Source of the DNA: Alphaproteobacteria bacterium
Lineage (GTDB): Bacteria > Pseudomonadota > Alphaproteobacteria > MPNO01 > UBA830
Assembly: GCA_965243135.1 (NCBI GenBank)
Contig: OZ251539.1
Span: forward strand, 2,752,001 to 2,816,000
Direction of reading: 5' to 3'
Length of the DNA: 64,000 nt
This document shows, in pieces, positions 21,390 through 32,293 of the stretch (position 1 is the first letter of the stretch; each line of letters begins with the position of its first letter). A program made the translations under genes and the position numbers. Under the pieces are notes generated by a model. It saw only the letters and a program-made list of their open reading frames with translations. It was not told the origin of the DNA and searched no databases.

Positions 21390-22655
21390 GTAAGCGTTCG
21401 GTCGCGGGGTGACACCTGCCCGTTCCGTCTCCAGTCTCGGCGCAGGGCAGGCCCACGGTGGTTGCTTGTTTCCTCGGGCTTTCCGCCCATGGCTTCGAGC
21501 GAACCCTGGAGGTTTGACGGCGGAAGTCCGCCTCGCCCGACCGGACGACGCTCCCGTTCGACGGAACCGCAGCCTGAAGTTCAGGCGTTTCGCCGCTTGC
21601 GGGCATGCGCGCGCCGCCCCTGCTGCCGCCTCGAGGACAGAGCCCGGCAATGAACGCCACCGCCCCGTTCCCGCCCTGGCGCAAGCGTCTCCCTTGACGA
21701 TCTGCACCGCGGATACCGTCTCTGGAAAGGACGCTCATGATCGCCTTCGAAATCGCCAGACTCGCGGTCACTTCCGCCAACGCGGTCGCGGCCGTCCTCG
21801 CGGCCGTCGACGTATGGCATCCGGTCCGCGCCAACGACGAACGCGGGCAACAACAGCGCGCGGCCACGCAGCAGCAACGCGAAGCCGAAGAACGCCGCCA
21901 CGAGGAGAACAAGACGGCGCTCAAAGCGCCGATTGCCGACAGCCAGACCGCCGCGCCGGAAACCGTCGCCGAACGGACGACGGGGCGGGAAGAAAGGGCG
22001 CCTGACGCCGTTCGCCGCCGGCGAGACCTCGAAGTCGAGCGACTGTCGCGCGGGGCGCAAGTCCCGGCGCCGTCGTTCGCGACCGACCGCGGCACTGGCG
22101 CACCTTCCGCTTCGGTGCGCACGTGGCCAGCGACAACGCCGCTTGCAGGCGCAAAACTCGACGAGTGGCCTATTCTCCGTTTCTTGCGCAAGGCTTGCCG
22201 CGGACAGCGGCCAGGAACCCGGCAAGCGCGGCGCGCGTCCGCGCGACGGCGACCCGGGCTGTCGCCCGCCGCCGGGCCTCTCGTCGTTCTTCCGCACGGT
22301 GCGCTCGCTCTTGCGGCCGAACTTGTCAAGCTTGCGCGCCGCGGGCGTCGCTCGTCGAGTCGCTTCCTCGACTTCGCCGCGGGCCGCCCGTTCGTTCGCC
22401 GAAGAGGCCGACTTCAGGCGTTTCGGCTCGTTGCGCGCCGCCTCGGCGGCGCCGCGTTCTCCGGAACGTCGCCTGCCGACTTGCCTCCGCGCGACGTTTC
22501 CGCCTCCTGGCGCGCCTCGTCCCGCCGCCGGAGGCTCGTTGCCAGCAGCAAGACCCGCTGTCCGTTGGTCGCTTCGAAGCAAAGATGAGAGGCGAAGGAT
22601 CCCGTGTCCGGTCCCCGGGCGAAATTTTTTCTTCCTTCGGGTAGCGAACGCTTAC
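21390..22655 (+). mobile_element. IS66-ended non-autonomous element A with small passenger ORF (from 21737)
   Basis: TIR GTAAGCGTTCG / CGAACGCTTAC; no transposase; homologous to elements B and C. Confidence 0.8.
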
Positions 22656-22759
22656 AATGGCGAAAGTGGGTTGAAAGTCGGCGCGAGCGGCATATATCAA
22701 TTTCCGAGGCCATGCGGGACCGTCAGGGCAACGCGGCTCAACTGCGAAAGAAGCGGTCG

Positions 22760-23887
22760 ATGCAGATCGACATGCATTACTACGGCGCCTACGCCATGGC
22801 GCGCTCGGCCGGTCTCGACCGGGAGGCGGCCCGGGTCGTCGCAACCTCGTCTCAATTCGTCGACGACAACGTAGCGAAGGACCATGTGACCTTCCGGGAC
22901 GGGTCACGCATCGACACGGAAGCCACGGCCCATCATCCCGTCGACCTCTCCAACCGCGACGAACGCGACCAACGCCGGGTATGGGTCCCGTTCCATTTCA
23001 TACCCGGCAATATCGGCGCGACCTATACGGAGCGCTTGAAGTGCCGCATGGACAGCGAGCTCGCGCGGGAGATGCGGGACCACCACCTGACATATTCGGA
23101 CCGCGCCTTCGCGCTGCATCTGCTGGGCATCGCCACCCACGTCTATGCCGACACGTTCTCGCATTACGGATTTTCAGGCGTCAGTTCCCGCGGCAACAAG
23201 GTCGACAACGACAGTTTTCGCTTCCACGAGGATGTCGAGGGCGCCGACGACTCGGTCGCGGCATTGCCGCCCAGGACAAAGGATTACGTCACAGAGAAAG
23301 CCACAGCGTTCTTTCAAAAAAGAGGTGCGCACGGCGGCCTGTTAACCAACATCCAGAGTTGGCTTGCCGAAGAAGCGTCGGGGGCGCTGGGACACGGCTC
23401 CGTCGCCACTCTGCCCGACCGACCCTATCTCGTCTGGAGTTTCGACTACGAGCGGCCGGACGCGGTCGCCGGGATACGAAGCGCGCGCAACAACCCCGTC
23501 ACCTTTCTGGCGGGTTGCCGAGCGCTGCACGGCATGTTCCGGCGGTTCGCACGCCTGCGGCCGGGCCTCGACGCCGGCGACGGCCGCGACTTCGAAGCCA
23601 TCGCGCCGCGCGTGCGAGAGATTCTGCTCATCCAAGCCGATAAGGCCGAGCGTATCGCGGCCTGGCGGGACGCCGCGCGGGCGGGAGCGTTGTTCGGCAA
23701 GAACGGAGAGGAGATTCCGGACTACGAAGGCGAGAGTTGGAACGCTCGATGGGAGGAGCTGGACGGCGGCGATGATTACGGAACTGCGATGGATACGCAT
23801 ATATGGCGTTTTTATCAGGCTGCCTCTTTGCACCGGACCTATGTGCTGCGCGACCTCCTGCCGAAGCACGGGCTCATCGTCGATTAG
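22760..23887 (+). CDS. DUF6765-like protein (putative Zn-dependent hydrolase)
   Basis: MQIDMHYYG.YAMAR.AG, SQFVDD, VWVPFHFIPG and LGIATHVYADTFSH.GFSG motifs. Confidence 0.75.
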   Translation: MQIDMHYYGAYAMARSAGLDREAARVVATSSQFVDDNVAKDHVTFRDGSRIDTEATAHHPVDLSNRDERDQRRVWVPFHFIPGNIGATYTERLKCRMDSELAREMRDHHLTYSDRAFALHLLGIATHVYADTFSHYGFSGVSSRGNKVDNDSFRFHEDVEGADDSVAALPPRTKDYVTEKATAFFQKRGAHGGLLTNIQSWLAEEASGALGHGSVATLPDRPYLVWSFDYERPDAVAGIRSARNNPVTFLAGCRALHGMFRRFARLRPGLDAGDGRDFEAIAPRVREILLIQADKAERIAAWRDAARAGALFGKNGEEIPDYEGESWNARWEELDGGDDYGTAMDTHIWRFYQAASLHRTYVLRDLLPKHGLIVD

Positions 23888-24569
23888 CATCGGAACCTGA
23901 CTGTCAACGAAGGCAACGGCGCGGCACGCCGGACGGGTTCGTCGACGCAGTTCCCACACATGGTCCGCCAGCGTCGTTACTGCGCCGCCGGTCGACCGCA
24001 GCCCAGGCGCTTGTCGCCGCGCCGAGGCTACGCTCCAGGTACACGCGGAATGGCCGGGCGACAGTCAGGCGAACCGCGTCTTCGCACGCCGTCTCGTCCG
24101 CGCTCCACCGAACGAGAATCTCCGGCGAGCGCCAGAACGCCAGCTTGGCCCCGTTCGCCCGGCCGCGTCTTGCGCCGCGGCGCGTTGCCCCGGCTGACGG
24201 GACATGCCGCGAGGCTGGCAGCGGTTTTCGTCGCAGGCGCGAGCGCCGCCATGACCGGAGAAGCATCGAGAACCGACTCCTATCCGCCGACGCAGTACAG
24301 CGAGGACAGCCGCACGCCGGGACGGGAAGAAGCGGCAGCAGTCGGCCGAACCGTCGTTCCGAAGACCGCGAGAGTCGCTGTCGCGCCCGTCAACGGAAAT
24401 CGCAGAGCTTTCGCGGAAGCGCGGGGCGGACAGCACGGGCTTTTTGGGCATATGCTTGTCGGACGATTGAACGTTCCCGACATGAGATCGCCTTTGACAA
24501 GAATTCCCGTCGCGGCGCGCGCCTGACCCACCGTCGCGGCCAACCCGGCACCATTCCCTGCGCCGCCGC

Positions 24570-24677
24570 TGTCCGCACCGCTGCCGTCTCTTCGCGCCGC
24601 TGCCGTCTCGCCGATCTCGCGCCGCTGCCGCCTCCTCAAGGGCGGCGCTTGGCGATGCCATTCTTGAATTCGCCCTG
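24570..24677 (+). mobile_element. ISAs1-type right-end fragment
   Basis: Ends CATTCTTGAATTCGCCCTG, as in the other copies. Confidence 0.65.
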
Positions 24678-24775
24678 CTCCGGGTTGATCGGAGGAGCGT
24701 TTTCGCGCATTCTCCGCCCGGTTCGGGAGATTGTCGCCGGACGTCTCGACCTCGCTCAGTCTTCGGGAGGGAGCC

Positions 24776-25207
24776 ATGCCTGCAGTCGCCTTCGACACGC
24801 TCCGCGCCAAACAGGCTCTCACGGCGGCCGGATTTCCCGAGAATCAAGCCGACGCCGTCGTCGTAATGACTGGAGACGCTCTCACCGAAGGCGTCGCGAC
24901 AAAGCTGGACATCGGCGATCTCAAAGGCGACATCTCCAGGCTCGACGCCAAGATCGACAGCACCGCGGCGCAGCTCCGCGGCGACTTCAAGTCCGAAATT
25001 GCGCAGCTCGAAGTCAAACTCGACGGCAAGATCGACAAGACCGCGGATCTGCTCCGCGGCGAAATCAAGTCCGAGAGCGCCAAGATAGAGGCCAAGATCG
25101 ACGCCAGGATCTCCGGACTCGAAAGCAAAATCCTCCGCATCAGCACTGCCCTCGGCGCCGGCACGGCCACCGTCGGGCTCGTCGCCATCCTGGTCAAGCT
25201 CCTGTAA
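24776..25207 (+). CDS. DUF1640/CCDC90-like coiled-coil protein with internal repeats
   Basis: AFDTL....L.AAGF.E.QA.A, ATK.DI, repeated LD.KID.TA..LRG..KSE and a C-terminal TM; GGAGG RBS. Confidence 0.8.
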   Translation: MPAVAFDTLRAKQALTAAGFPENQADAVVVMTGDALTEGVATKLDIGDLKGDISRLDAKIDSTAAQLRGDFKSEIAQLEVKLDGKIDKTADLLRGEIKSESAKIEAKIDARISGLESKILRISTALGAGTATVGLVAILVKLL

Positions 25208-26239
25208 CGAGAGGCGTTTGCGCCGCAGCAACCCCGCCAGGGCGACAGGCCCTTTGCGGGAGCGGGCGTTGCCGACGGACGAATCGCCACGGCGCGCGTC
25301 TCCCTCCCGGGCGCCGGACTGTTGCGGACCGCCCTTCGCCCGGCGGTTCGTCGGCAGGGCGGCGTCGAGGCGGCCGCAGCGAGAGCGGCTTGCGGTTCCG
25401 TAATTTTCCGGGCGGAGCCCTGCGAGCGCCGCAGCGGCGAGGCCGAGCAGATCCTCGTCGTCCGCGAGGCCCGCCTTGCGGACGTCGGCCGTCTTCGGAA
25501 AGCGCTGGCGGACCGGCCCGTTCGCGCGCTCGTTCAGCCCGCGTCGGCGGCGCGGTCGAGCGAAGAAAACCGACGCAGCTTCCGCGACATTCTTGCGAGC
25601 CGCGAACTCCTTGCCGCTCGCGTGCGCGAACACCTCCACCGGACGCGCGCCCGTTTCCTCGGTCGGCCGACCGCCAGGCGCGGCCAGCGACGCAAACCTG
25701 GAGGCGCGGTCCGCAGGCGGCAGCGCGGCGCGGCCGTGTCGCCGTCCGGGGCTTCCCGGCCTTCGGACGCATGTCCACCCGACGCGGGCGCGGCGCTTCC
25801 CGCCGCTTCGCCAGGAGCGCCGCCGACTTCTTGTCGTCCTCCGCGCGCCGGCAGGTCCGTTGACCGCGAATCCGCCGCGCGGAGGACCGGCCGAGATTCT
25901 CGATATAGCTCCCCGTTACTGGGAAAACCGGCACGTTCGCGACATGACTTACGACGAGGATCGCCGCCGTAACCACGCCGGCGGCAGTGCCCGTGCACTC
26001 GCTCGCAACGCCTCCATCGTTCGGTTGCGCGGACGTTTCGACTCCGCAGGCTCACCGGCACTACGACCCGCGCCAGGCCGTTCGAGAGCTGACCACGGAG
26101 ATCTTCTGACGCCCGACGGCGGCCTCGCCTCTCGCACCGCCGCCTGCCGCCACCCCTGCCGTCTCGCCGATCTCGCGCCGCTGACGCCTCCTCGCGGGCA
26201 GCGCTTGGCAATGACCGCGCCATTCTTGAATTCGCCCTG
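25125..26239 (+). repeat. 1.15-kb repeat, copy 2
   Basis: Near-identical to 4886..6039. Confidence 0.85.
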
Positions 26240-26370
26240 GATATCCGGGTTAGTCGATTGCCTGATTTCATGGCGGACGCTAAAATAGTCAGGTTGTACG
26301 GCAACGACCTGGAAGCCGTTGGGCCGACCCAGCAAGTCCAACGCCGAGAAGCGGACTTCAACCGGAAGCC

Positions 26371-29300
26371 ATGACGATATTCATAAATCTCGACCGGCGA
26401 TTTTCCGATTTGACGGAAGACGATTTAGAAGACATCGACCTTTGGGTGAGCGGAAATTCGTTCGTCTCCGGCATCGGCTGGCCGGAACTGCTCGACTGCT
26501 CGCGGGTTGTCCTGTTGGCGGAAGCAGGCGCCGGAAAGACCCGGGAGATGAAGGCGCAAGCGGACCGCCTCGCGGGAATGGGCAAGCCTGCGTTTTTCGG
26601 GCCGCTGGAAGACCTCGACCGCGGTCCGTTCTCCGATCTCCTTTCCCAAGAGGAGGAAAGGAGGTTCGAAACGTGGAAGAAGGACGGCGCAGAGCCAGCC
26701 TGGTTTTTTCTGGATGCGGTGGACGAACTGAAACTCACGCGAGGAACGCTGGATCGGGCGCTAAGGCGATTCTCCAAAGACATCGACGGCCATCTTTCCC
26801 GCGCTCGCGTCTTCATTTCGTGCCGTCCCAGCGACTGGCGACCGGTAATCGATCTGACCACCGTTCGCGAGCGGCTGCCGATGCCGGCAAAGAACGCCGA
26901 TGTCTCCGTACGGTCGCCTGAAGAAAGGTTCACGGATCCGCTTGTCCCCTCTGAACCCGGCTTTCTCGAACCGGGCGACCGCCACCAGGCAATGGCGGTG
27001 CGGAAAGCCCCGGAGGCCACCGTGCTCATGCTTCCGATGGACGACGCCATGATCAAGCGTTTCGCGCACGAGTTCGTTCATGACGCTCATGACGCGGCCG
27101 CGTTCCTGGAAGAGATCGAACGCCAGAACGCGTGGACGTTCGCGCGGCGTCCCCTGGATCTGGAAACGTTGGCCGCGACCTGGAGGAATTTGGGGCTTCT
27201 GGGCACGCTGGAACGGCAGCACGAGGAGAATGTCAAAACGAAGTTGAAGGACGATACCGACCGGGCCGACAGCGGCGTTCTTTGCGATATTCAGGCTCGA
27301 GCGGGTGCGGAAGCGCTCGCCTTGGGTCTGGCCTTGACGCGGACGCGCACCATTCGTTCTCCGGAGCAGGCGTTGGGTACGGAACGATCGGACGAAGTTC
27401 TCGACGCGGCCAAAGTCCTGCCCTGCTGGACGGAAGCGCAACGGCGCTCGCTGCTCCGCCGCGCCCTTTTCGATCCCGCCACCTACGGGCGCGTCCGTTT
27501 CCATCACCGTTCGGTTCAGGAGTATCTGGCGGCCGGCTGTCTGCGTAGACTCAAAGAACAAGGGATGCCGGTCAAGAATCTGTTCCGGCTGTTGTTCGCC
27601 GAACGGTGTGGGCTTCGTGTAGTTTTCCCCTCGATGCGCGCCATCGCCGCGTGGCTCGCCCTGTGGGAACCACGCGTAAGGAAGGAGTTGCTCGAACGGG
27701 AACCCGAAGCGCTGGTTCTGGAAGGCGACCCTGGATCTCTGGACCTGCATATCCGCGATGAAGTCGTGCGTGCCTTCGTAGACAAATACGGCCGCGGCAC
27801 AGTCGCGCATGCCCTCGTAGACAAACGTGGCGACGAGCGCGGCCTGAACCTCGACGGGGTTCGCAGACTTGCGCATCCTGATCTCGCGCCGGTAATTCGA
27901 CGCTGCTGGGGACGAGGACCGGCGAACGAAGATGTACTCAGCTTGCTGCTGGCGTTGATCAGGTTCGGGCCGACGGAAGCGTGCGCCGATCTCGCCGCCG
28001 CTGCAGCGCGCAAGACGACCTGGGCGCCTTATCACCGCATAATGGCAATCCGCGCTCTCGTCGCTTGCGACCGGGGGAGCGAGCTCCGCGGCATCGTCGA
28101 CGCCATGCTGAAAGATTCGGCATCGTGGCCGGACGAAGTCGTGAATGGCGTCCTGGCGGAACTGTTCCCGAAGTTCATCGGGGCGGAACACGCGCTTGCG
28201 TTGATAGAGCGGGCAAACGATCCGCAACAAGGCAGTATTGATTTCACCCAGTTGCACAAGATCGTCGAGGCAGCCGATCCGCTCTCGGATGCGATGATTT
28301 CACTGCGCGACGGCATGGCGGAACTCATCTGGCGGACGCGGGCGCCCGAACCGAGTCTATCGGACATTCGCAGCAAGTTCGAACATCTGGCAGAGCCGCT
28401 CGCCGCCATTTGCGATCGGCAGCTATCGGCGCCGGATCCTGCGCTGATCCGCGCTTGCGTGATTGCATCCCGCTTCGGCAGCCGCCTTTTGATACCGAAA
28501 GAAAAGGTCCAACGGCTCAGGCGCCGGTTCCGCAATACTCCAGGGCTGCGCCCCGAAGCGTTCTGGGCCGAGTTGAAGTTCATGGATGCGGTGGTTCCGG
28601 TCGACGACGGCCGCCGGCGTCGGGATCACGCCGCATATAACAGCCTTACCGGTTCTCCGGATGCAACGGATCGTTCCTGGTTGCTGAAGGCTCTGGCCGA
28701 CAAGAGTCAAGCGAGCCGGCGACCCGTCGCGCTCTGGGCCTTGCTCGACATTTGGCGTCGGCACGGGCGCTCCCCTGAGGAACGGCGCGTCATCCGGAAC
28801 GCCGTAGGGGGAGACCCGGCTCTGGAGTTCATCGTGGAAGAGTTCGAAGCGCCCCCGGAACCGGGCGAAGGAATTCGGACTGATGAACTGATGGCGCAAG
28901 CGAAGAACGATGCCGACGCGCGCCGCCTGAAAAGCTGGAAAGACTGGCGAGACAGGCTGATCGCGGAACCCGACGAGGCATTTTCTCGGGAACGGATGCG
29001 GGGAACCCTTTCCAGTCTCCACGAATGGCTCAAGGAGGCCAGTCAACAACAGCACCGTGTCTGGGATAAGGACGCATTGAGCGGGGCATTCGGCACGGAC
29101 ATCGCCGACCGTGCCGAGCGGGCCTTGAAGACGCTTTGGCGCACTGTGCGGCCCTTACTCTGGTCCGAGAGATCGCACGCAGCGAGAAACAGGAATAATG
29201 TTTCGCCCGAAGACTTGATCTTGGAACTTATGGGCGTTTCGGCCGAAGCCGCATCACCAGGGTGGGCGGAGGCGCTGTCGCCGGAGGACGCCAGAACGGC

Positions 29301-30714
29301 CGCGGCTTATGCGACCATCGAGTCGAACGGGTTCGCGCCGTTTATCGACGACCTTGCGCGGTCCCGCCCCGAGGTCGTAACGGAAGTAATCGGCACCGAA
29401 ATAGGCGCCGAACTTCGCCTTGGGCACGAACACGATTACTTGCCGTCCTTGAACGGCTTGATCCTTTCTCATGCCGAACACGCCGAACTCCGGACTTTGC
29501 TCGTACCCCGCTTTGCGGCCGAACTGGAGTCATGGCCTGTTGGTTTCCGTGACACGGACAACCCAAGATGGACGAGACATTTTGAAAAGGTTATGAGCTT
29601 TCTGCTCCTGAGCGATCGAACGCGGATCGCCCGCCTGTGCTGCGAACAGTTTAGACGCGATCCGGGAGGGGCGCTGGCGCTCGTATGGCTCCGGGGATTG
29701 GTCCGGTCGGATCCTGCGCAAGGCGCGCCGATACTGATCGAAAGCGTCACCAGCGGCGACGGCTTCGCGCGCGACGCGACGTTCGCCCAGATGCGGGACT
29801 GCTTCGGGGCGATTTACACGGACGTTACGGATCCTTCAAAGAGAGTGGATATCCTCGAGCCGCTCCTCCGGTGCGCTTACGCCCCGTCGGAGCTTCCGGG
29901 CGACCGCAAAGCAGCGCAGCGCACCCGGGAACATTTGCTCAATCTGCTGCTGTATACGCCGGGACCGGAGGCTCGCCGAGCCGTCCGGAGACTTGCGAAC
30001 GAAGCCGAATTTGCGGACGAGCGAGATCTCATGCTCCTGCTGAACCGAGACCAAACTGCACTCGATGCCGAGTTTTCTCCATTCGCGCCGGAAGACATCG
30101 CGGCGTTGCAGGAACGCTTGGAGGCCCCGCCAAGGGACCGAGACGGACTGTTCGCGGTCATGTTGGACCGGCTGGACGATCTCGCCCACGAGATCATGCA
30201 CGGCGAATTTTCGGATCTGCAGACGCTGCGGAAAATCGACGCCGAGCCGGAAATGCAACGTACGCTCGCCATGCGCCTCGATCTCATGGCGAACGGCGTC
30301 TATCGGGTCACGCGCGAGGAAGAGGTCGCCGACAATAAGCGCACGGACATCCGGCTCGTTACGGAAGATAACAAGGCGGCGATCGAAGTGAAAATCGCCG
30401 ATCACTGGACTCTCAAACAACTTGAGCGGGCGCTTCGCGATCAACTTTTAGGACGGTACATGCGGCACAGGGACTGCAAGGCTGGTTGTCTATTGTTGAC
30501 GTATCATGGCCGAAAATCCTGGCAGCAGGAGTGCGCCGGAAAACGAAAACGCCTGGAGTTCAAGGACGTGATCGAATTTCTTGCAAAAAGAACGGAAGCG
30601 CACGACGTTCGCGTTGCCGTGTTCGGCTTGGACCTTGACTCTGCACAGGTCGTGGCGGTCGAGCTGCAATTCCCGCCAAGGGTCGAAACCATTGGAACAA
30701 AAAAATTTTCGTAG
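26371..30714 (+). CDS. Large STAND/NACHT-like NTPase with C-terminal PD-(D/E)XK nuclease-like domain
   Basis: 1447 aa; AEAGAGKT Walker A, FFLDAVDE Walker B, ISCR sensor, RPL, FHHRSVQEYLAA winged helix; C-terminal EEEVADNKRTDI..AIEVK..QL..RY. Confidence 0.8.
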   Translation: MTIFINLDRRFSDLTEDDLEDIDLWVSGNSFVSGIGWPELLDCSRVVLLAEAGAGKTREMKAQADRLAGMGKPAFFGPLEDLDRGPFSDLLSQEEERRFETWKKDGAEPAWFFLDAVDELKLTRGTLDRALRRFSKDIDGHLSRARVFISCRPSDWRPVIDLTTVRERLPMPAKNADVSVRSPEERFTDPLVPSEPGFLEPGDRHQAMAVRKAPEATVLMLPMDDAMIKRFAHEFVHDAHDAAAFLEEIERQNAWTFARRPLDLETLAATWRNLGLLGTLERQHEENVKTKLKDDTDRADSGVLCDIQARAGAEALALGLALTRTRTIRSPEQALGTERSDEVLDAAKVLPCWTEAQRRSLLRRALFDPATYGRVRFHHRSVQEYLAAGCLRRLKEQGMPVKNLFRLLFAERCGLRVVFPSMRAIAAWLALWEPRVRKELLEREPEALVLEGDPGSLDLHIRDEVVRAFVDKYGRGTVAHALVDKRGDERGLNLDGVRRLAHPDLAPVIRRCWGRGPANEDVLSLLLALIRFGPTEACADLAAAAARKTTWAPYHRIMAIRALVACDRGSELRGIVDAMLKDSASWPDEVVNGVLAELFPKFIGAEHALALIERANDPQQGSIDFTQLHKIVEAADPLSDAMISLRDGMAELIWRTRAPEPSLSDIRSKFEHLAEPLAAICDRQLSAPDPALIRACVIASRFGSRLLIPKEKVQRLRRRFRNTPGLRPEAFWAELKFMDAVVPVDDGRRRRDHAAYNSLTGSPDATDRSWLLKALADKSQASRRPVALWALLDIWRRHGRSPEERRVIRNAVGGDPALEFIVEEFEAPPEPGEGIRTDELMAQAKNDADARRLKSWKDWRDRLIAEPDEAFSRERMRGTLSSLHEWLKEASQQQHRVWDKDALSGAFGTDIADRAERALKTLWRTVRPLLWSERSHAARNRNNVSPEDLILELMGVSAEAASPGWAEALSPEDARTAAAYATIESNGFAPFIDDLARSRPEVVTEVIGTEIGAELRLGHEHDYLPSLNGLILSHAEHAELRTLLVPRFAAELESWPVGFRDTDNPRWTRHFEKVMSFLLLSDRTRIARLCCEQFRRDPGGALALVWLRGLVRSDPAQGAPILIESVTSGDGFARDATFAQMRDCFGAIYTDVTDPSKRVDILEPLLRCAYAPSELPGDRKAAQRTREHLLNLLLYTPGPEARRAVRRLANEAEFADERDLMLLLNRDQTALDAEFSPFAPEDIAALQERLEAPPRDRDGLFAVMLDRLDDLAHEIMHGEFSDLQTLRKIDAEPEMQRTLAMRLDLMANGVYRVTREEEVADNKRTDIRLVTEDNKAAIEVKIADHWTLKQLERALRDQLLGRYMRHRDCKAGCLLLTYHGRKSWQQECAGKRKRLEFKDVIEFLAKRTEAHDVRVAVFGLDLDSAQVVAVELQFPPRVETIGTKKFS

Positions 30715-30722
30715 ACTTTTCC

Positions 30723-31801
30723 GTAAGCGTTCGCTACCCGGGGGACGAAAAAATTTCGTCCAGGGACCGGACGCGGGATCCTTCGCCTCTTTTGCCGCGA
30801 CCGACGGACGAGGGGCTTTGCCGCCGGCAACGGCCCGGCGGGACGAGGCGCGCCAGGAAGCGGAAACGTCGCGCGGAGGCGGGCCGGCAGGCGACGTTCC
30901 GGAGAACGCAGCGGGCGCGCCGAGGCGGCGCACAACGAGCCGCCTGAAGTCGACCTCTTCGGCGAACGAGCGGACCGCCCGCGGCGAAGCCGAGGGAGCG
31001 CGTCGACGAACGCGGCAAGCCTTGCGCGAGAAACGGAGAAAAGGTCACTCGTCGAGTTTCGCGCCGCGGCGTTGTCGCCGGCCCCCGTTCGACGCCGAAA
31101 CGGGAGGCGCGTCGGCGCCGCGGTCGGTCACGAACGACGGCGCCGGCACTTGCGCCCCGCGCGACAGTCGCTCGACTTCGAGGTCTCGTCGGCGGGGAAG
31201 GGCGTCAGGCGCCCCCCCGCCCCGTCGTCCGTCGGCGTCGTTCGTTCGGCGACGGTTTCCGGCGCGGCGGTCCGGCAGCGCCTTGAGCGCCGTCATGCTC
31301 TCCTCGTGGCGGCGTTCTTCGGCTTCGCGCTGCTGCTGCGTAGCCGCGCGCTGCTGTTGCCCGCGTTCGTCGCTGGCGCGGACCGGCCATACGCCGACGG
31401 CCGCGACGGCGGCCGCGAGCGCGTTGACGGAAGCGACGGCGAGGTTAGCGATCTCGAAGGCGGTCATGAGCGTCCTTTCCGGAGACGGGAAACAGTATCC
31501 GCGGCGCCGATCGTCAAGGGAGACGTTTGCGCCAGGGCGGGAACGGGGCGGCGGCGTTCATTGCCAGGCTCCGTCCTCGGGGCGGCAGCCGCGGCGGGCG
31601 GCGCGCAGGACGATCCGCAAGCGGCGAAACGCCTGAACTCCAGGCGCGGTTCCGTCGAACGGGAGCGTCGTCCGGTCGAGCGAGGCGGACCCGTCGAACC
31701 TCCAGGGTTCGGCCATGGGCGGAAAGCCTGAGGAAACATGCAACCAGCGTGAGCCCGCCTGGAGGCGGAACGGGCAGGTCACCCCGCGACCGAACGCTTA
31801 C
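30723..31801 (-). mobile_element. IS66-ended non-autonomous element B
   Basis: Same TIRs as element A; passenger ORF MTAFEIANLAV from 31467 on the minus strand. Confidence 0.8.
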
Positions 31802-31975
31802 AATGCACTAGATAGCGGGACGGTTTTCCTGATACCGATCGACCGTACAAAGGCATCAAGAGACAGGGAGAATACGCCTTCACTTTCTTGCCGGGTCATC
31901 TGACTGGTCGCTTGGGTCATAGTGATCTACCTTGGCACCTCGTCAATCAAACTGGTACTTATACGGCCGATGCGA

Positions 31976-32293
31976 TCAACGGTCATTTCTCTCAATATCG
32001 TAACGTTTCCAGTCAGGCACATAAGCGGCCATCGTCGCCTTGAACAGCTTACCGTGATTGGAAAGCCGAAGGTGCAGGAGCTCGTGCACAATCACGAAGT
32101 CCTGAAACCCCGGAGCTTGATGTATAAGATCGGCGGCCAAGGTGACGGTGCCGAGAGTCGAGCACGAACCCCATTTCCGTGTCATGCGCCTCACACGAAC
32201 GATCCGAGGATCGACTTTCAATCGGCAGGCCCAATGTTTCGCTCTCTGGCGCAGGAGCTCGCAGCGGTCGTCAGACGCCTCCATCGTTTCCAT
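31976..32293 (-). CDS. M48/YgjP-like (DUF45) metallopeptidase domain protein
   Basis: MTRKWGSCS and [14 protein letters not shown] motifs; typical position after hsdR. Confidence 0.85.
   Translation of the reverse strand: METMEASDDRCELLRQRAKHWACRLKVDPRIVRVRRMTRKWGSCSTLGTVTLAADLIHQAPGFQDFVIVHELLHLRLSNHGKLFKATMAAYVPDWKRYDIERNDR

Noticed and set aside
20386-25863. Long Arg/Ala/Pro-rich ORFs (e.g. 20386..22329 and 23803..25863)
   Set aside because: Shadow frames of high-GC repeats with no motifs; they overlap better-supported features.
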